Positions 10,470 to 23,400 of a DNA stretch of 64,000 nt are shown here, piece by piece. The number at the start of each line of letters is the position of its first letter. Within the stretch, counting starts at the first letter, position 1. A program made the translations under genes and the position numbers. The notes under the pieces were generated by a model. That model did not search any database, was not told where the DNA came from, and worked only from the letters and a program-made list of their open reading frames with translations. The DNA comes from Bacteroidales bacterium (GTDB lineage: Bacteria; Bacteroidota; Bacteroidia; Bacteroidales; ML635J-15): positions 13,863 through 77,862 of the forward strand of contig JAFZLK010000109.1 of assembly GCA_017551515.1 (NCBI GenBank). The letters are read 5' to 3'.

Positions 10470-11351
10470 ATGGAAATCTGCATCCACGACCTCTGGAACG
10501 AATACGAACTAATCGACTGTGGCAACGGTCGCAAACTTGAGCGTTTCGGTGAAATTACCCTCATCCGCCCCGAAATAACAGCCACAGGCAAACCCCACCT
10601 TTCCGAAACACAATGGAAGGAAATGGCAAATGCGGAATTTGTCGAGACATCAAAAAATTCGGGCAAGTGGAATATTTTCAAACAAATACCAGAAACTTGG
10701 AGATTAAGGTTCGAGTCCCGATTGGGCAATAATATTTGTGCAGAACTTTCACTCACAACCTCAAAGCACATCGGCATTTTTCCCGAACAAATCATCAACT
10801 GGCTGTTCATTGAGCGTGAACACGGAAACTTTGGTCACGAAAGTTTTCTCAATTTGTTTGGTTACACAGGATTATCCACAGTCTTTGCTTCAAACTTCTT
10901 CGATAAGGCAACCCACATCGACTCGATAAAAAAGATGGTCGAATGGACTCGCCGCAATGCTGAATGCTCTGGCAGAAGCAACATCCGCCTCATCACCGAA
11001 GATGCACAGAAGTTTGTGGAACGCGAAATTAAGCGTAGCAACCGTTACGACTGTATAATCCTCGACCCTCCAGCAATAGGCAGCGGAGCAAAGAACGAAA
11101 AGTGGATTTTCGATGAAATGATTGAAAATCTGCTCGTCAATGTAAATCAGATTGCAAAACGCAAATCGTTCATAATAATGAACCTATACACACATTCCGT
11201 TTTCGGCATGGACATCCGCGAACTCCTTCACAAATGCTTTCCAAACCACAACATCGAAATGTGCGAGGAAGTGAAAAGCACTTCAAATTACGGCGGAAAA
11301 ATAAGTCACGGAGTGTTTGTTTGGATGAAAAGTGCACAAACATTAGCTTAA
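10470..11351 (+). CDS. Class I SAM-dependent methyltransferase, RlmI/YwbD-like
   Basis: Motif I-like 'LNLFGYTGLSTVFA' and motif IV 'DCIILDPPA' are present. At 293 aa there is no obvious PUA domain. Confidence 0.8.
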   Translation: MEICIHDLWNEYELIDCGNGRKLERFGEITLIRPEITATGKPHLSETQWKEMANAEFVETSKNSGKWNIFKQIPETWRLRFESRLGNNICAELSLTTSKHIGIFPEQIINWLFIEREHGNFGHESFLNLFGYTGLSTVFASNFFDKATHIDSIKKMVEWTRRNAECSGRSNIRLITEDAQKFVEREIKRSNRYDCIILDPPAIGSGAKNEKWIFDEMIENLLVNVNQIAKRKSFIIMNLYTHSVFGMDIRELLHKCFPNHNIEMCEEVKSTSNYGGKISHGVFVWMKSAQTLA

Positions 11352-11361
11352 CCTAAAAAAT

Positions 11362-11389
11362 AAAAGGCGAACCGGATAGTTCGCCCTTT
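11362..11389. terminator. Bidirectional terminator-like hairpin between convergent genes
   Basis: 'GGCGAAC-cggata-GTTCGCC' forms a 7-bp stem flanked by an A-run on the left and a T-run on the right. It sits between the methyltransferase stop (11351) and the giant-gene stop (11411). Confidence 0.55.
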
Positions 11390-11410
11390 ACAGAATGAGA
11401 GTAGAGTATA

Positions 11411-14400
11411 TTAATAAATTATAGTCACAACGCCCTTGTATGGCTCATCGTCATTGAACAGGTCGATTACATACAAATATGTTCCTGCAGGCACGAAATG
11501 GCCTCTGTAACGTCCGTCCCACGGTTCGGTGTAGCCCTTCGAGGTGAATAGCAGTTGTCCCCAGCGGTTGAATACATTAACCTCGGCAGCAGGGAACATT
11601 TCTATGTTCACGATTTCCCAGATGTCGTTAACGCCGTCGTCATTAGGAGTAAATACATTAGGAATACGCAGACATGCGACATCGACATCAGTCAATGTTA
11701 CCAACATTTCGGACGACCTACAATTATTTCCATCAATTACAGTAACCGTATAATCACCCGACGGAATGTTCTGCAGATACGACACGTCAGATGTGCTGTT
11801 ATTCAAACTATACAAGTAAGGTTCTACACCACCGACAACACCAACATTAATCTTTCCTGTACGGCTGTTTCTACAGAACGGATCCTCAACAGACACACTT
11901 ACTTGCAATTCATCGGGTTGTGGAACAAGTACTGGCTCTCTTACATCGCAATTGTTATTATCTATTACATGCAAGACATAATATCCAGCATTCAAATTAT
12001 TGAATACGCTCATCGATGTTTGATCAATAAGACCTTCAATCATGTAACGGTACGGAAGGACACCACCCTCAGCCGAGACCTCAATACGACCAGTCTTTTC
12101 GCCATTACACTTAATTTCACTTACTGTCGTCTCAACATTTATGGCTGGAGGTGCTTCAAGTGTTATTGTCTTTGCGACCGAACAACCTGCAGCATCAATA
12201 ATTGATACAGAATATGTACCTGTGCCTACTCCAGATATTTCGTTTTCGCTAGTGGAATTGTTCCAGAAATAATCGTATGGAGCCATACCACCAAAAGCAG
12301 AAACTATAATACTTCCATCCTTGGAATTATAACATGTCGGTGATTCCGAATAAACTTGTATATCCATTTCCGGTGGCGACACAAGATTTACAGCTGCCTG
12401 ACCTGTACAGCCCCAAGCATCGGTAACCGATACCGTATATACTCCTGCAAATAGGTTGTATAGTTCGGGAGATGAAAGTCCTGTATTCCAAGAATAAACA
12501 GGCGGCTGTGCTGCATTCTGACATACTGCCGAAACAGAACCGTCGTTGTAGCCGAAGCAAGTAATTGACTGAGTAACCGACGCAGACACAGAAAGCAGTC
12601 CCAGCATCGAAACGTGAGCCTCAGCGTCTGCCGTACATCCATTTGCATCAAAAACAGTAAGCCTGTATGTTCCCGCGCTAAGATTTTCGATTGTAGTTCC
12701 AACTTCACCGTTCGACCACACATACGACTGGTATGGTAGAGTTCCACCAGTAACCACTGCCGTCAACGCGCCCTGCGAAATTCCACAATTAATGTCACGG
12801 ACATTGATTATTGGATTAAGTTCTGGACGTTGAACCACAGCGAATGGCAATACAGCCGAACATCCCCCCATATCGCTTACGGAAACCGAATAAGCAACAC
12901 CAGCTACCAAATTGTATGCGGTTATTCCGCTCTGTCCATCACTCCACGCATATTCATATGGCGGAGTTCCTCCTGTTGCCACTACCGATGCCATTGTGCT
13001 ACCACCGTAACATAATATAGTATCGGACATTACTTGCGGTGCAAATTCTGGAACCTGATGTATCTGTATGCTGTTTGAGCCTGTACATCCGTTATCACCA
13101 GTTACAACAACCGAATAAACATCTTCGGTACGCACTGTAGTCGTAGATGTTGTTGCACCATTTGACCACAGGTATGAACCATAACCCTCTGTTGCAAACA
13201 AATTAATTGAACGCACATTACAGTTAAGCTCATTTCCTGGTGTGCTAGTCACATTTACAACAGGTGCTACGAAATCCTGTCGCAGGGTTATATCTGCTGT
13301 TGCCCAACAAGTATTTGCAGCTGTAACTGTAACAATATATTGTCCAGCAGCAGTCAAATCCCCATGGTCACCTGCTTCTCCATCATAGTTGTTGCTCCAC
13401 AAATATTCATACGGGCCATCGCTGCCAGTAACAATTACAGTAATAGGAATAGTGTCATTATTACAATCCAGGGTAGTAATCTCACCCAACCCATTATCAA
13501 TGGTTACCTGCGGACGCGTGTGGTTGTCTTCAATATTTATAGTTTCTGTTGTGATACAACCATTGAATCCGGTTGCAGTAACATAATAATCTCCTGGCAT
13601 AGTAAATACCTGTGTATTGGAATTCAAAGCAATACCACCTGACCATGTGTACGACTGGGCATTGCCGACAGATATTACTGTAACCCTATCCACAGAACAG
13701 TTAAGTTCTGTACCATCAGGAGTTTCAAAAGGATAAAGCGTTGGCGGTTCCCTGTCACTATAAATCGTAATCGAGGTCGTATCACTACATCCATTGGCTC
13801 CTGTAACTGTCACTCTATAAACACCAGGCAGAGTTACATACTGCTCAGGACCGCCGCCAAACACTGCATTGCTCCATGCAAAACTATAACCGCCATGTGC
13901 AATTATATGTATAGAATCCAACCTACAATTAAGCGTTGGTGTACCCGTAATATTGTCGATACTTGGAGTAGGTAGTGTTAGGTCTTCTGGCAAATCAAAT
14001 GGGATTTCATTAGGACATCCGTTTCTTCCCTTAACTGTTACCCAATAAATACCGCCATGCTGTACTGATATTGTCTGAGTATGTTCTCCTGCTTGGCTCC
14101 ATTCATAATATGTAGCGCCACCAACAACGTCAACAGTCAGATCTACTGTTCTGTGATTGCAGTCTATTTGAGGATAAGAACTTCTTACCACAGCTTGTGC
14201 TGGTGTAAGGTCTTCTGTCACATCAATGGATACGGCACTTGTACATCCGTTTGTTCCCGTAGCAATAATAGAATATCTACCTTCCGATGTCAAATTGTTT
14301 TCTGTACCTACATATCCATCCGGCCATAAATAAGATATTCCTACACCACCTTCTGCAATAGCATGTACCGGTCCATTGCAATTAACCTCATAGAATCCAC

Positions 14401-17400
14401 TTTCGGACCTTACGTTAAAAATCGGCACAGCCCGATTCTCTGTAATTGCTTGAGACACAGCTGCCGTACAACCATTAGGTGCAGTTGCGACAACCGTATA
14501 TACAACTGGATCAAACACCTGATTTACAGCATCATCAGGATACATACCACCCGACCAACTGTAAGTATAAACACCTCCGTCAGTAGCTACTGCAGTAAGC
14601 GTCAAACCATCTTCTTCATTATTACAATTAATCACGGTATTCGGTGCATCAATTCTCACTTGTGGTCTGTCCATTGTCGCCATTATTTCTATTTGAGATG
14701 TACCTGTACAACCATTATCGGCAGTTGCGGTAACCACATAAATACCAATTGTGGTAAGAGCGTTGCTTGCCTGATCTGTATATGTACCTCCCGACCAGCT
14801 ATATGAAACAACCTGACTTGAACTACCTACAGGCATTACTCCTACTCCAGTCACAAATATGGTATCAACCTCACAAGTAAGGATTTCAATTTCCGGAATT
14901 GTATTATTAATTATGCTTACACTTGGACTATCTCGATTCTCCAAAATTGTAATATCAGCAATAGAAGTACAACCATTAGGCGCAGTTGCTGTTACATAAT
15001 ATGTATTTGGTACAGTAAATACATTTCCAGTACCAGCCGAGTTTTCTCCTCCTGACCATTGGTAAATATCAGCTTCGGTATCGTCAACTATAGAAACTGA
15101 AATTGAAGGTCCGCTACATGTCAGCACATTAGTATTGGAATTGTTTCTGATTGCTATTTGAGGCGGTGTTACATCCTGGGAAATCTCAAATTGGGCAAAG
15201 GCTTCACACCCGTTAGTTGTAGATGTTGCTGTTACAAAATATATTCCTTGTTCTGTTACCGTATATTGCTGACCAGATCCCGGACTAGTACCTGTCTCAT
15301 TATTCCACTCGTAAGTTACAGCGACATTTGCACTTGCGCTAAGTGTTATCTCATCAAAAGGATCTCCATCCGAATTACACATGAGAACATCCCGCGGTGC
15401 ACTTATTGATACCTGAGGCATATTTTCATCCCTACCGATTACAGATGAAGCAGTACTTGTACAACCATTTGAAGCAGTTGCCTTGACAATATATGTACCA
15501 TCCGTTGTTACCGTTACAATAGATGGACTTGCCTGCGATGCCGGCGGATTATCGCCCCATACTGACGACTGCCACGACAGGATTACATCGGGAGTTGTCG
15601 AAGTGGCTTCTAGTTCGAACGATTGAGAATTTGCATCACATGTAATCGTTCCTACAGTTGGAGTAATATTGACATCAGGAGCATCGTCGTCAAGACCAAC
15701 GGTAATTGTTTCAACTGTAGAACATCCATTATCTATTGCAGTCGCAGTTACTGTGTAGGTAGTCGCATCATGTACAGTATAATTTGCTTCGTGCGGTCCC
15801 TGATACCATGCATATGTCGCTTCCCTGTCGGCTACAGCAGTAAGCTCAATTCTATGGTCGTTTCCACAGGTCAATAATGGATTAACTGGTGTAATATTTA
15901 CATCCAATGGTTCGACATCCTTATTTATATGTATTGACGCTGTTGTTGTACAAGAGCCAATAGTTGCTGTAACTATGTAATTGCCATCAGTAGCACTGGA
16001 GTAATTATCAATTGTTGCCACATTGGCTGGCGACCAAGTCAATGCTCCTGTTCCTGTCGCATTAAGTGTTATAGATGTTGTTGTACAATTCAAGGTCGTT
16101 GTAGATGGAGTTGCAATTGATACAGTTGGTGTATTGTCATCGCTTGTTATTTCAACAGAAGCTGTTCTTGTACAACCGTTTGCTGTAGTCAATGCTGTTA
16201 TTTGATATATGCCAGGAGATGTTACAGTCAATGGATTATCATCAGTTGCTGTCGGTGCCGTCCACGACAAATCGGTACCATCCGTGGTCGTTAAAGCAGT
16301 GAGTTGTATAGCATTGACTTCGCAGCTAAGCTCGGTACCCGGAACTGCATCAATTCTTGCATCTGGAGAAACCTTGTCAATTGTAAGCACGAAGTCATCA
16401 GTTGCAGTACAACCATGTTCATCTGTAACCGTAACAGTATAAGTCTGAGTAGTAACAGCTGTATAAGTACCTGGAGCTGTAAATGTATTCTCAGCTTCAG
16501 TTACCGAATTAGACCAAGAATATGAATATCCAGAAACTTGCGTTGCTGTCACTGTAACTTCTTCATTCGTACAAGTTATCGTATTATCTGTGTATTGAAT
16601 ATCAACCGTAGGCAAAGAATATACAACTACAGAAACATCATCATTATAGTCAGTAAAGCCTCCGCCTTCGTTGCATGAATTTGCGCTCAATGTTGCCGTA
16701 TATGTATAATGATCTCTAGGACTTGTCGGCGTTACTGTTATACGCTCCCCGCTGGTTGTGGATAATCCTGCTCCAGCCGACGGACTTGCCGACCAAGTTA
16801 CTGAATATCCAGTACCCGCATTGGACACACTAGCCTGCAATACCACATCGTCGCCAATGCAAGCATTATTTGCAGTAACCGATATTTCAGGATTATCACC
16901 AATACTAATTGTAACAGAAGTTGTAACAAAGCAACTGTTTGCATCAGTAACTGTCAGCGAATATGATGTTTGTTCAAAAAGGTTAGGTGTTTCAAGAACC
17001 TCATTTGTTGAGTTGTTAGACCAATGATAAGAGTAAGGTTCCAAACCATTTGATGGATGCGCTGTAAGCGTAGTATTGTTTCCACTACATATTGACTGCG
17101 ATCCGGAAATTGAAACGCTGGGGTTTGTCGGTGTATTGGAAATTACGATAGTCTGCTCGGTATAGCAATCTGTCGAGGTTGTTTCGTTTGTTATCCTTAC
17201 AGTATATGAACCTTCTTCAAGATTGCTGAATGTTACGGCACCACCAGTTGTCGTCTGGGTTGCCTGACCAGTTACACTGACCGAATATGTTGAACCAGCG
17301 ACACCACCGGCAAAATTACTTACGGTTATAGTACCATTGTACGGTTCCATACACTTGGTATTATCGGTCTTTACAATATCGGCAGTCGGAATTTCAGAAA

Positions 17401-20400
17401 CGTTGATAATCTGCGAAACTGTAGCTGTACAGTTGTTACCGTTGCTTACCCTCAAGACATACACCACATCAGCACTTCCAGGGGTTACTGTCGGACTAAC
17501 GCTGATTGAAGATGTTGTTGTTGATGCTGGCATACCTGCTGTTATGTTATGTGTTGCATCGCTTTCGGTAGTACATGTCCAACGATATGAATTGAACGTT
17601 GCAGGATTTGATGACAAGTTTACTGATGAACCGTTGCAAATTTCATCATCGGAATAGTTAATCGAAACCTCGGGAGCTTCATATACTGTAATCGAAACTG
17701 CAATATCAGTATTGGAACAAGGAGCTGTTGCGCCAATAGTACTAATGGAGAAATCGAACTGTCCCGGGGCTGTTGGTGTTCCAGTCAATGTCAAAGTATG
17801 ATTTGTGGCATCAGTAATTTGTTCAACACCTGCAGGCAAACTACCCTCTCCGATTGTAACTCCAGTCGCGCCACCACCATAGATGAATACTATGTCGGAC
17901 ATTGCATTGCCAAGGCATAAATTCTGAGTTGTATTTCCTGTAACTTCCAATTCTACACCATCACTGATTTTTATCGTTCCATACTTTTCGTCAGGCTTAC
18001 AAGGAGGTATTATACCTGTCGTAAGCACCGTGTAATGGAAAACACCGGTTTGCATAGGTGCTCCTGTTGCATAAATAGTTACTGTGTGAGCTGTAGTATT
18101 AACAGTAAAACCAAGTCCATCTGGCAATGCATCAGCCAGCATATCCTCATCGATTCCTGTCGCACCTCCGCTGTAGGTATAAACGATATTAGTAAAATGA
18201 TCGTCGGGCAGACAAATACTCTGGTTGTCGGTTCCATTCGCAGAAGAAAGGACAATTACCGCGTTTGTAGAAATGGATATTACACCTGTTAGCGATTTAT
18301 TTTCACAAGGTTCTTCTACGCCAGTTGTCGTCACTGTATATGTATAATCATCAGCCTCGACAGAAATAGATGGCGTACCCGAAATTGTCACTGTATTGCC
18401 CGAAACCGAATATGTAATACCCTCGGGCAAACCTGTTACCGTTGCACCCGTTGCCGCACCGCCAAACTGATACTGAATATTATCCTCCCACGGCACTTCG
18501 ACACACAATGCCACATCTGGCGATTCCGAAATCAGATCCAACTCAGCAGGATCGTTTATGATTATCGTAGCAGTTGTACTTACTTCAGGACAAGGCGATA
18601 TAGCTCCAGTTGTAGTAACCGTAAATGTTCCTGGAGCAGTCGACCTTCCGCTTATTGTCAACGTATTGTCGGTTGTATTTAGAACTGGAGCATTAAGTCC
18701 GGCGGGCAAACCACTTGCCACAGCGCCAGTAGCACCAGTGTATGTAAATACGAAATCTGTTATGTCTGCACCATTGCAAACTCTCTGTGGCGAAGTACCC
18801 GAAGTTAGTTCAATTGATGCCTGTTCTCTAATCGTTATGGTTCTGGATACAGAAATATTTTCGCATGGCGATACAGCACCTGTTGTTGTTACTGTATAAT
18901 TATATGTACGCGCTTCCACATTTGTAGGGCCATGTATCTCTATCATATTTTCACCATAATTGTTGTACTCCCATCCTGCAGGAAGTCCCGAAACGGTAGC
19001 ACCATTTACACTACCTCCGTATGTAAACAATATGCTTCCATCCATTGCAACACCCTGACAGAAGGTTTCGCTACCCGAAGTGTACTCTAGTGTCGGTTGC
19101 GGATTCACAGTGATTAACATCGTGGTTATTGTTGCACACTGACCTGCATCTGGAGTAAATGTATAGGTATTCGTTGAGTTTGTTATGTTAGGTGACCATT
19201 GCCCTGTGATGCCGTTTGTTGATGTTGTCGGCAAATCTGCTACAGTTGTTCCCTCACAGTAAGGACCTGCTTGAGCAAACGTAGGAACAATATTACCTTC
19301 ATTTACAATTATGCGTCCTGTTACAGTTGCTTCGGTACAATGAAGACCAGTTGCACTTATAGTGGTAATTGTATAATTATATGTATTATGTTCACTTGGG
19401 AAACCTGTTACTGTAACAGTATTACCAGAAATGCTCAATGAAACACCTGCGGGCAAACCTGTTGCTGTTGCACTTACAGCAGATCCTCCCAATCTATATA
19501 CAATATCTGTTATAGGCTGATCCTCGCAAACAGTCTGATCTTCGCTACCAGAAATATGTGTTATTGTAGGAGCAACCGCAGTATATGAAAGCGGAATATT
19601 TGTTGTGCATCCGAGGTTATCGGAAAGCACTATGTTACACGACTGCTCGCCATTAGTAGCAGTCTGAGGTGCAATTATAAGGTTGTTGCCAGACACAGTT
19701 GCAATACTTCCGCAGTCATTCGAAACACCATCCAACTCTACCGTATAGTCCCAGTTACTTGGCAAAAGGTCTTCAGAAAGAGCCAATTCCCATTCGAAGA
19801 CATAACCATTATCCTTACCCCAGCTATCGCAGACCGAAATCGACCATGTTCCATTGAGCGGACAGCCAATGAGGCTGGAGAAACTCTGGAACGGCTGATA
19901 CATCTGCGTTCCTGCTTCAACATTTGATGGTAATACATGGTATGTATTTATGGACACAGCCGTACCATTGTTATATGATGCCGATGGTGTTTCCAGGTTC
20001 GCCAAATCATAAACATATCCGACTGTTGTATATTGCGAATTGCTCGTCCATGCATAGTCATATCCTATACCAGGCAGATTATGCTCATCGGTGCCATCAC
20101 ATATCTGCGACGAACTTAAACCTGTTGTGGTCACATCGTACAAATCAGGTTCCCCGAAAAATACACGGCTATAAGAATTATTACTTTCGTATGAGGAAAT
20201 CACACCTTCACCGCCACAAACATTAGTGAGGAAATATTGTGCAGCTTCCTGAGTTGGGAACGAAAAATTATTACCTGCAGTTGTATTGTCTCGCGACATC
20301 CATACTATATAAACATGATCTCCTGTTCCATCACTAACTCGATAGCCGATTACAGAATACAAATATGGTCCACTTGCCCCCTGGGTGATATCATATATAA

Positions 20401-23400
20401 CATAGGTAGTACCAGTATAATAACGTGACAGGTAATTATTAATGAAGTCAGCTGCATCTTCAGGACTTCCGAAAGAAAGCAGATAGTAAGTCTGCCCATT
20501 ATACTCATACGCTTCGTTCTGACTTTCAAATACTTCCTCCCTTCCATGCATAAATGGTCCTGTGTACCAGTTTGTTGTTGTTGTACCTACACGCCAACGT
20601 GTAACGGTTTCGACATCAGGCCAAACATAAGTATATGGATCAATTGCGTAACTATTATAAATGCCACTATTATAATCGCTGCTGAAATAGTCGGGAAGAA
20701 TAATTGCCGAACGACGGACACCATTACGCTCTGGACAGGTGATCTTTATCTGGACATCGCCGAAGAACGAATGTTCGGTGTTAATCTTGATATACTTTAT
20801 TGCATCGGTGTTTGTTACCACGGCGCCATCGTCAAAATCGTAGAATGTGACATCAGAAGTATAGCATTGTGTTGCACAATTAGTTCCATCAGGAATAAAT
20901 GTGGTTGCTGCATGACCAAGAGTTGCCTCAATTGTATGGGATTCTGAATCCACTTGAATGTCGGAACCTGCACCGCCGATTGTTATTTCACGGCTATCGC
21001 CAACACATATTTCGCCAAGTGCATAATTGGCAAGGCTTGTTTCGAGTCCAGCCGACACCCTGATCCTGCCGTACGCAACAGTAGAACATTCGCCCTCTGT
21101 TACCGTAAGCGACACATCGTAGCCCTGCTCAACAAGAGGAATATATGGAGCATAGGTTCCTGATATTACATAAGGAGGCTCGCCTCCATGAGGATTAATG
21201 CTCCAACTCCACGAAGGACTGGTGTAACCTGTCTGTGTACCATACATATTGACACCATCACCGAGACATACGTCAAAGTAGTATCTGTCGCCTATAACTT
21301 CAGAATAACCTGTCATTGCAACTGTTGCATCGGGGCAATTTATCTCGCACATTGGAGCATCGAAATAAGTAAGCTTTTCACAGTTTGTTGTAGAAGACAC
21401 GAACGATGCCATTATTGTATGTTGTCCGCCGTCGCCTTGTACTCCCGTAAGCGAATATGAAATTGGACTAACAAAAGGCGGTGTAAATACCTGAGACACT
21501 GCGCCATCAGAGATTGTAAGCGTTCCATCTGTTGGAGGATCGGTAAAGTTTATGTTGCCGCTTACCGTAAATGTCTGGTCGGCAGCACAATTGCCAACTA
21601 TTGTTGTAATACTTGTGATATTACAGTCATTTACTATTGTACAGTCGGAACGACCCGCATTAGGATCATTAATATTTGTCTGCACTATTGACATATCACC
21701 ACTACAATTTGCAAAGTTTGCAACCAACAAAATATAAAATTTACCCGCCTCCGCATTAGGAATCTGCAAATATTCAACAGCAGAGGTTGAACCGCCGAAA
21801 TCGATCAAGTTGCCAACCGGCTCTGCTAATGCAAATGTACTACAAATTGGCGATGAAGTTGTTGTAGATGGAGTCGGGGTTGTACCATTATAACTCGATC
21901 CCCAATAAGAAGCATTACTAGGTCCTGAATAATAAGCATAAGATAATCCAGCTGGAGTTGACAAATCGTTTGTAATATCGCAAGTTGGATTATCAAAAGG
22001 TCCCCAACAACCGAAATCGACATCTCCGCAACTTGATATTGTCATTTGAATTGGACCGGACTGGGACACACGCAGATACCACCACGTAGGATTATTAAAG
22101 AAAGTACACATTCCATCCAAATGACTTATTGCCGGGCTATTTCGCTCAACATTCATATCATATCCTGTGCTTTCATTAGTTGCGCAGAATGCCTGAGCGG
22201 ATTCGCAGTCGGAACTACCAGTAATATCACTGCCATTCGGACATGACACCGACACCGTATAGCCCGCACTATTAGAACTTGAATAGTTATCAACTATCAA
22301 ATAATAAGTCGTACCTGCAGTTAAGGTAACAGTCTGATTTCCAATACCCCAGCATGTTCCAACAAGATTTGTTCCCGAAGTTCCGCACGATGACATTAAG
22401 AAGAAATCGGGGTCGCCACTTGTTGTACTTGTAATAAATGTATGACTTCCAGTAGTGATAGGAGTAAATGCATACACATGCTCCTCACCTGGTTCCGAAT
22501 AACCGCAACTAGAATAAGAATTCCACACACCAGAAGTGCCTAACGTTCCTGAATATGTCTGACCACAAGCCATTGTCGTTGCACTACCGCAAGGACCGTT
22601 ATTTGAAGGACATGTTACCGATACCGTATATCCGGCACTGCTAGAACTCGAATAGTTGTCAACTATCAGATAATATGTCGTTCCAGCCGTCAATGAAACA
22701 GTCTGGTTACCTGATCCCCAATTACTTCCCACAATATTAGTTCCTGTGTTTCCACACGATGCCATTAAGAAGAAATCGGGGTCGCCACTTGTCGTTGTTG
22801 TAGCAAAAGTATAACTTCCTGTAGTTGATGGAGTAAATCTATATACCCGTTCCTCGCCAGGCTCACTCCAAGTGCTACTAGTATAAGAATCCCATATACC
22901 AGAAGTTCCCAGCGTACCCGAATAGGTCGTTCCGCATGTCATTGTTGTTGCTGTTGCACATGGTCCAGACGGACATGATATGGACACAGTATAACTCGAA
23001 TTGGTAGAAGATTCATTGTTATCAACTATCAAGTAATAGGTTGTTCCTGCTGTCAAGGTAACTGTCTCTTGCCCAGAATCCCAACATCCGCCTAAAATAT
23101 TAGTTCCGGTATTTCCACACGATGACATCAGGAAGAAATCCGGGTCATTGCTTGTCTCTGTGGCAGAGAATGTATAACTACCAGTTTGTGTCGGTGTAAA
23201 ACTATATACTCGCTCTTCGCCAGGCTCTGCCCAACTACAACTCGTATATGAACTCCATGCCCCAGAAGTTCCGAGCGTTCCCGAATAGGTTGCGCCACAT
23301 GTCATGACGGTAATATTATCGCATGGATTAATTTGTGGGCAATCAACCGATAGAGTATATGCACATGAAGAAGAATTCGACCAATTATCAACTATCAAAT

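Noticed and set aside
10249-10470. 73-aa ORF filling the U32/methyltransferase spacer
   Set aside because: It overlaps the U32 stop, has no motif, and the region is better explained by its nested complementary arms. I kept it as a possible structured RNA only.
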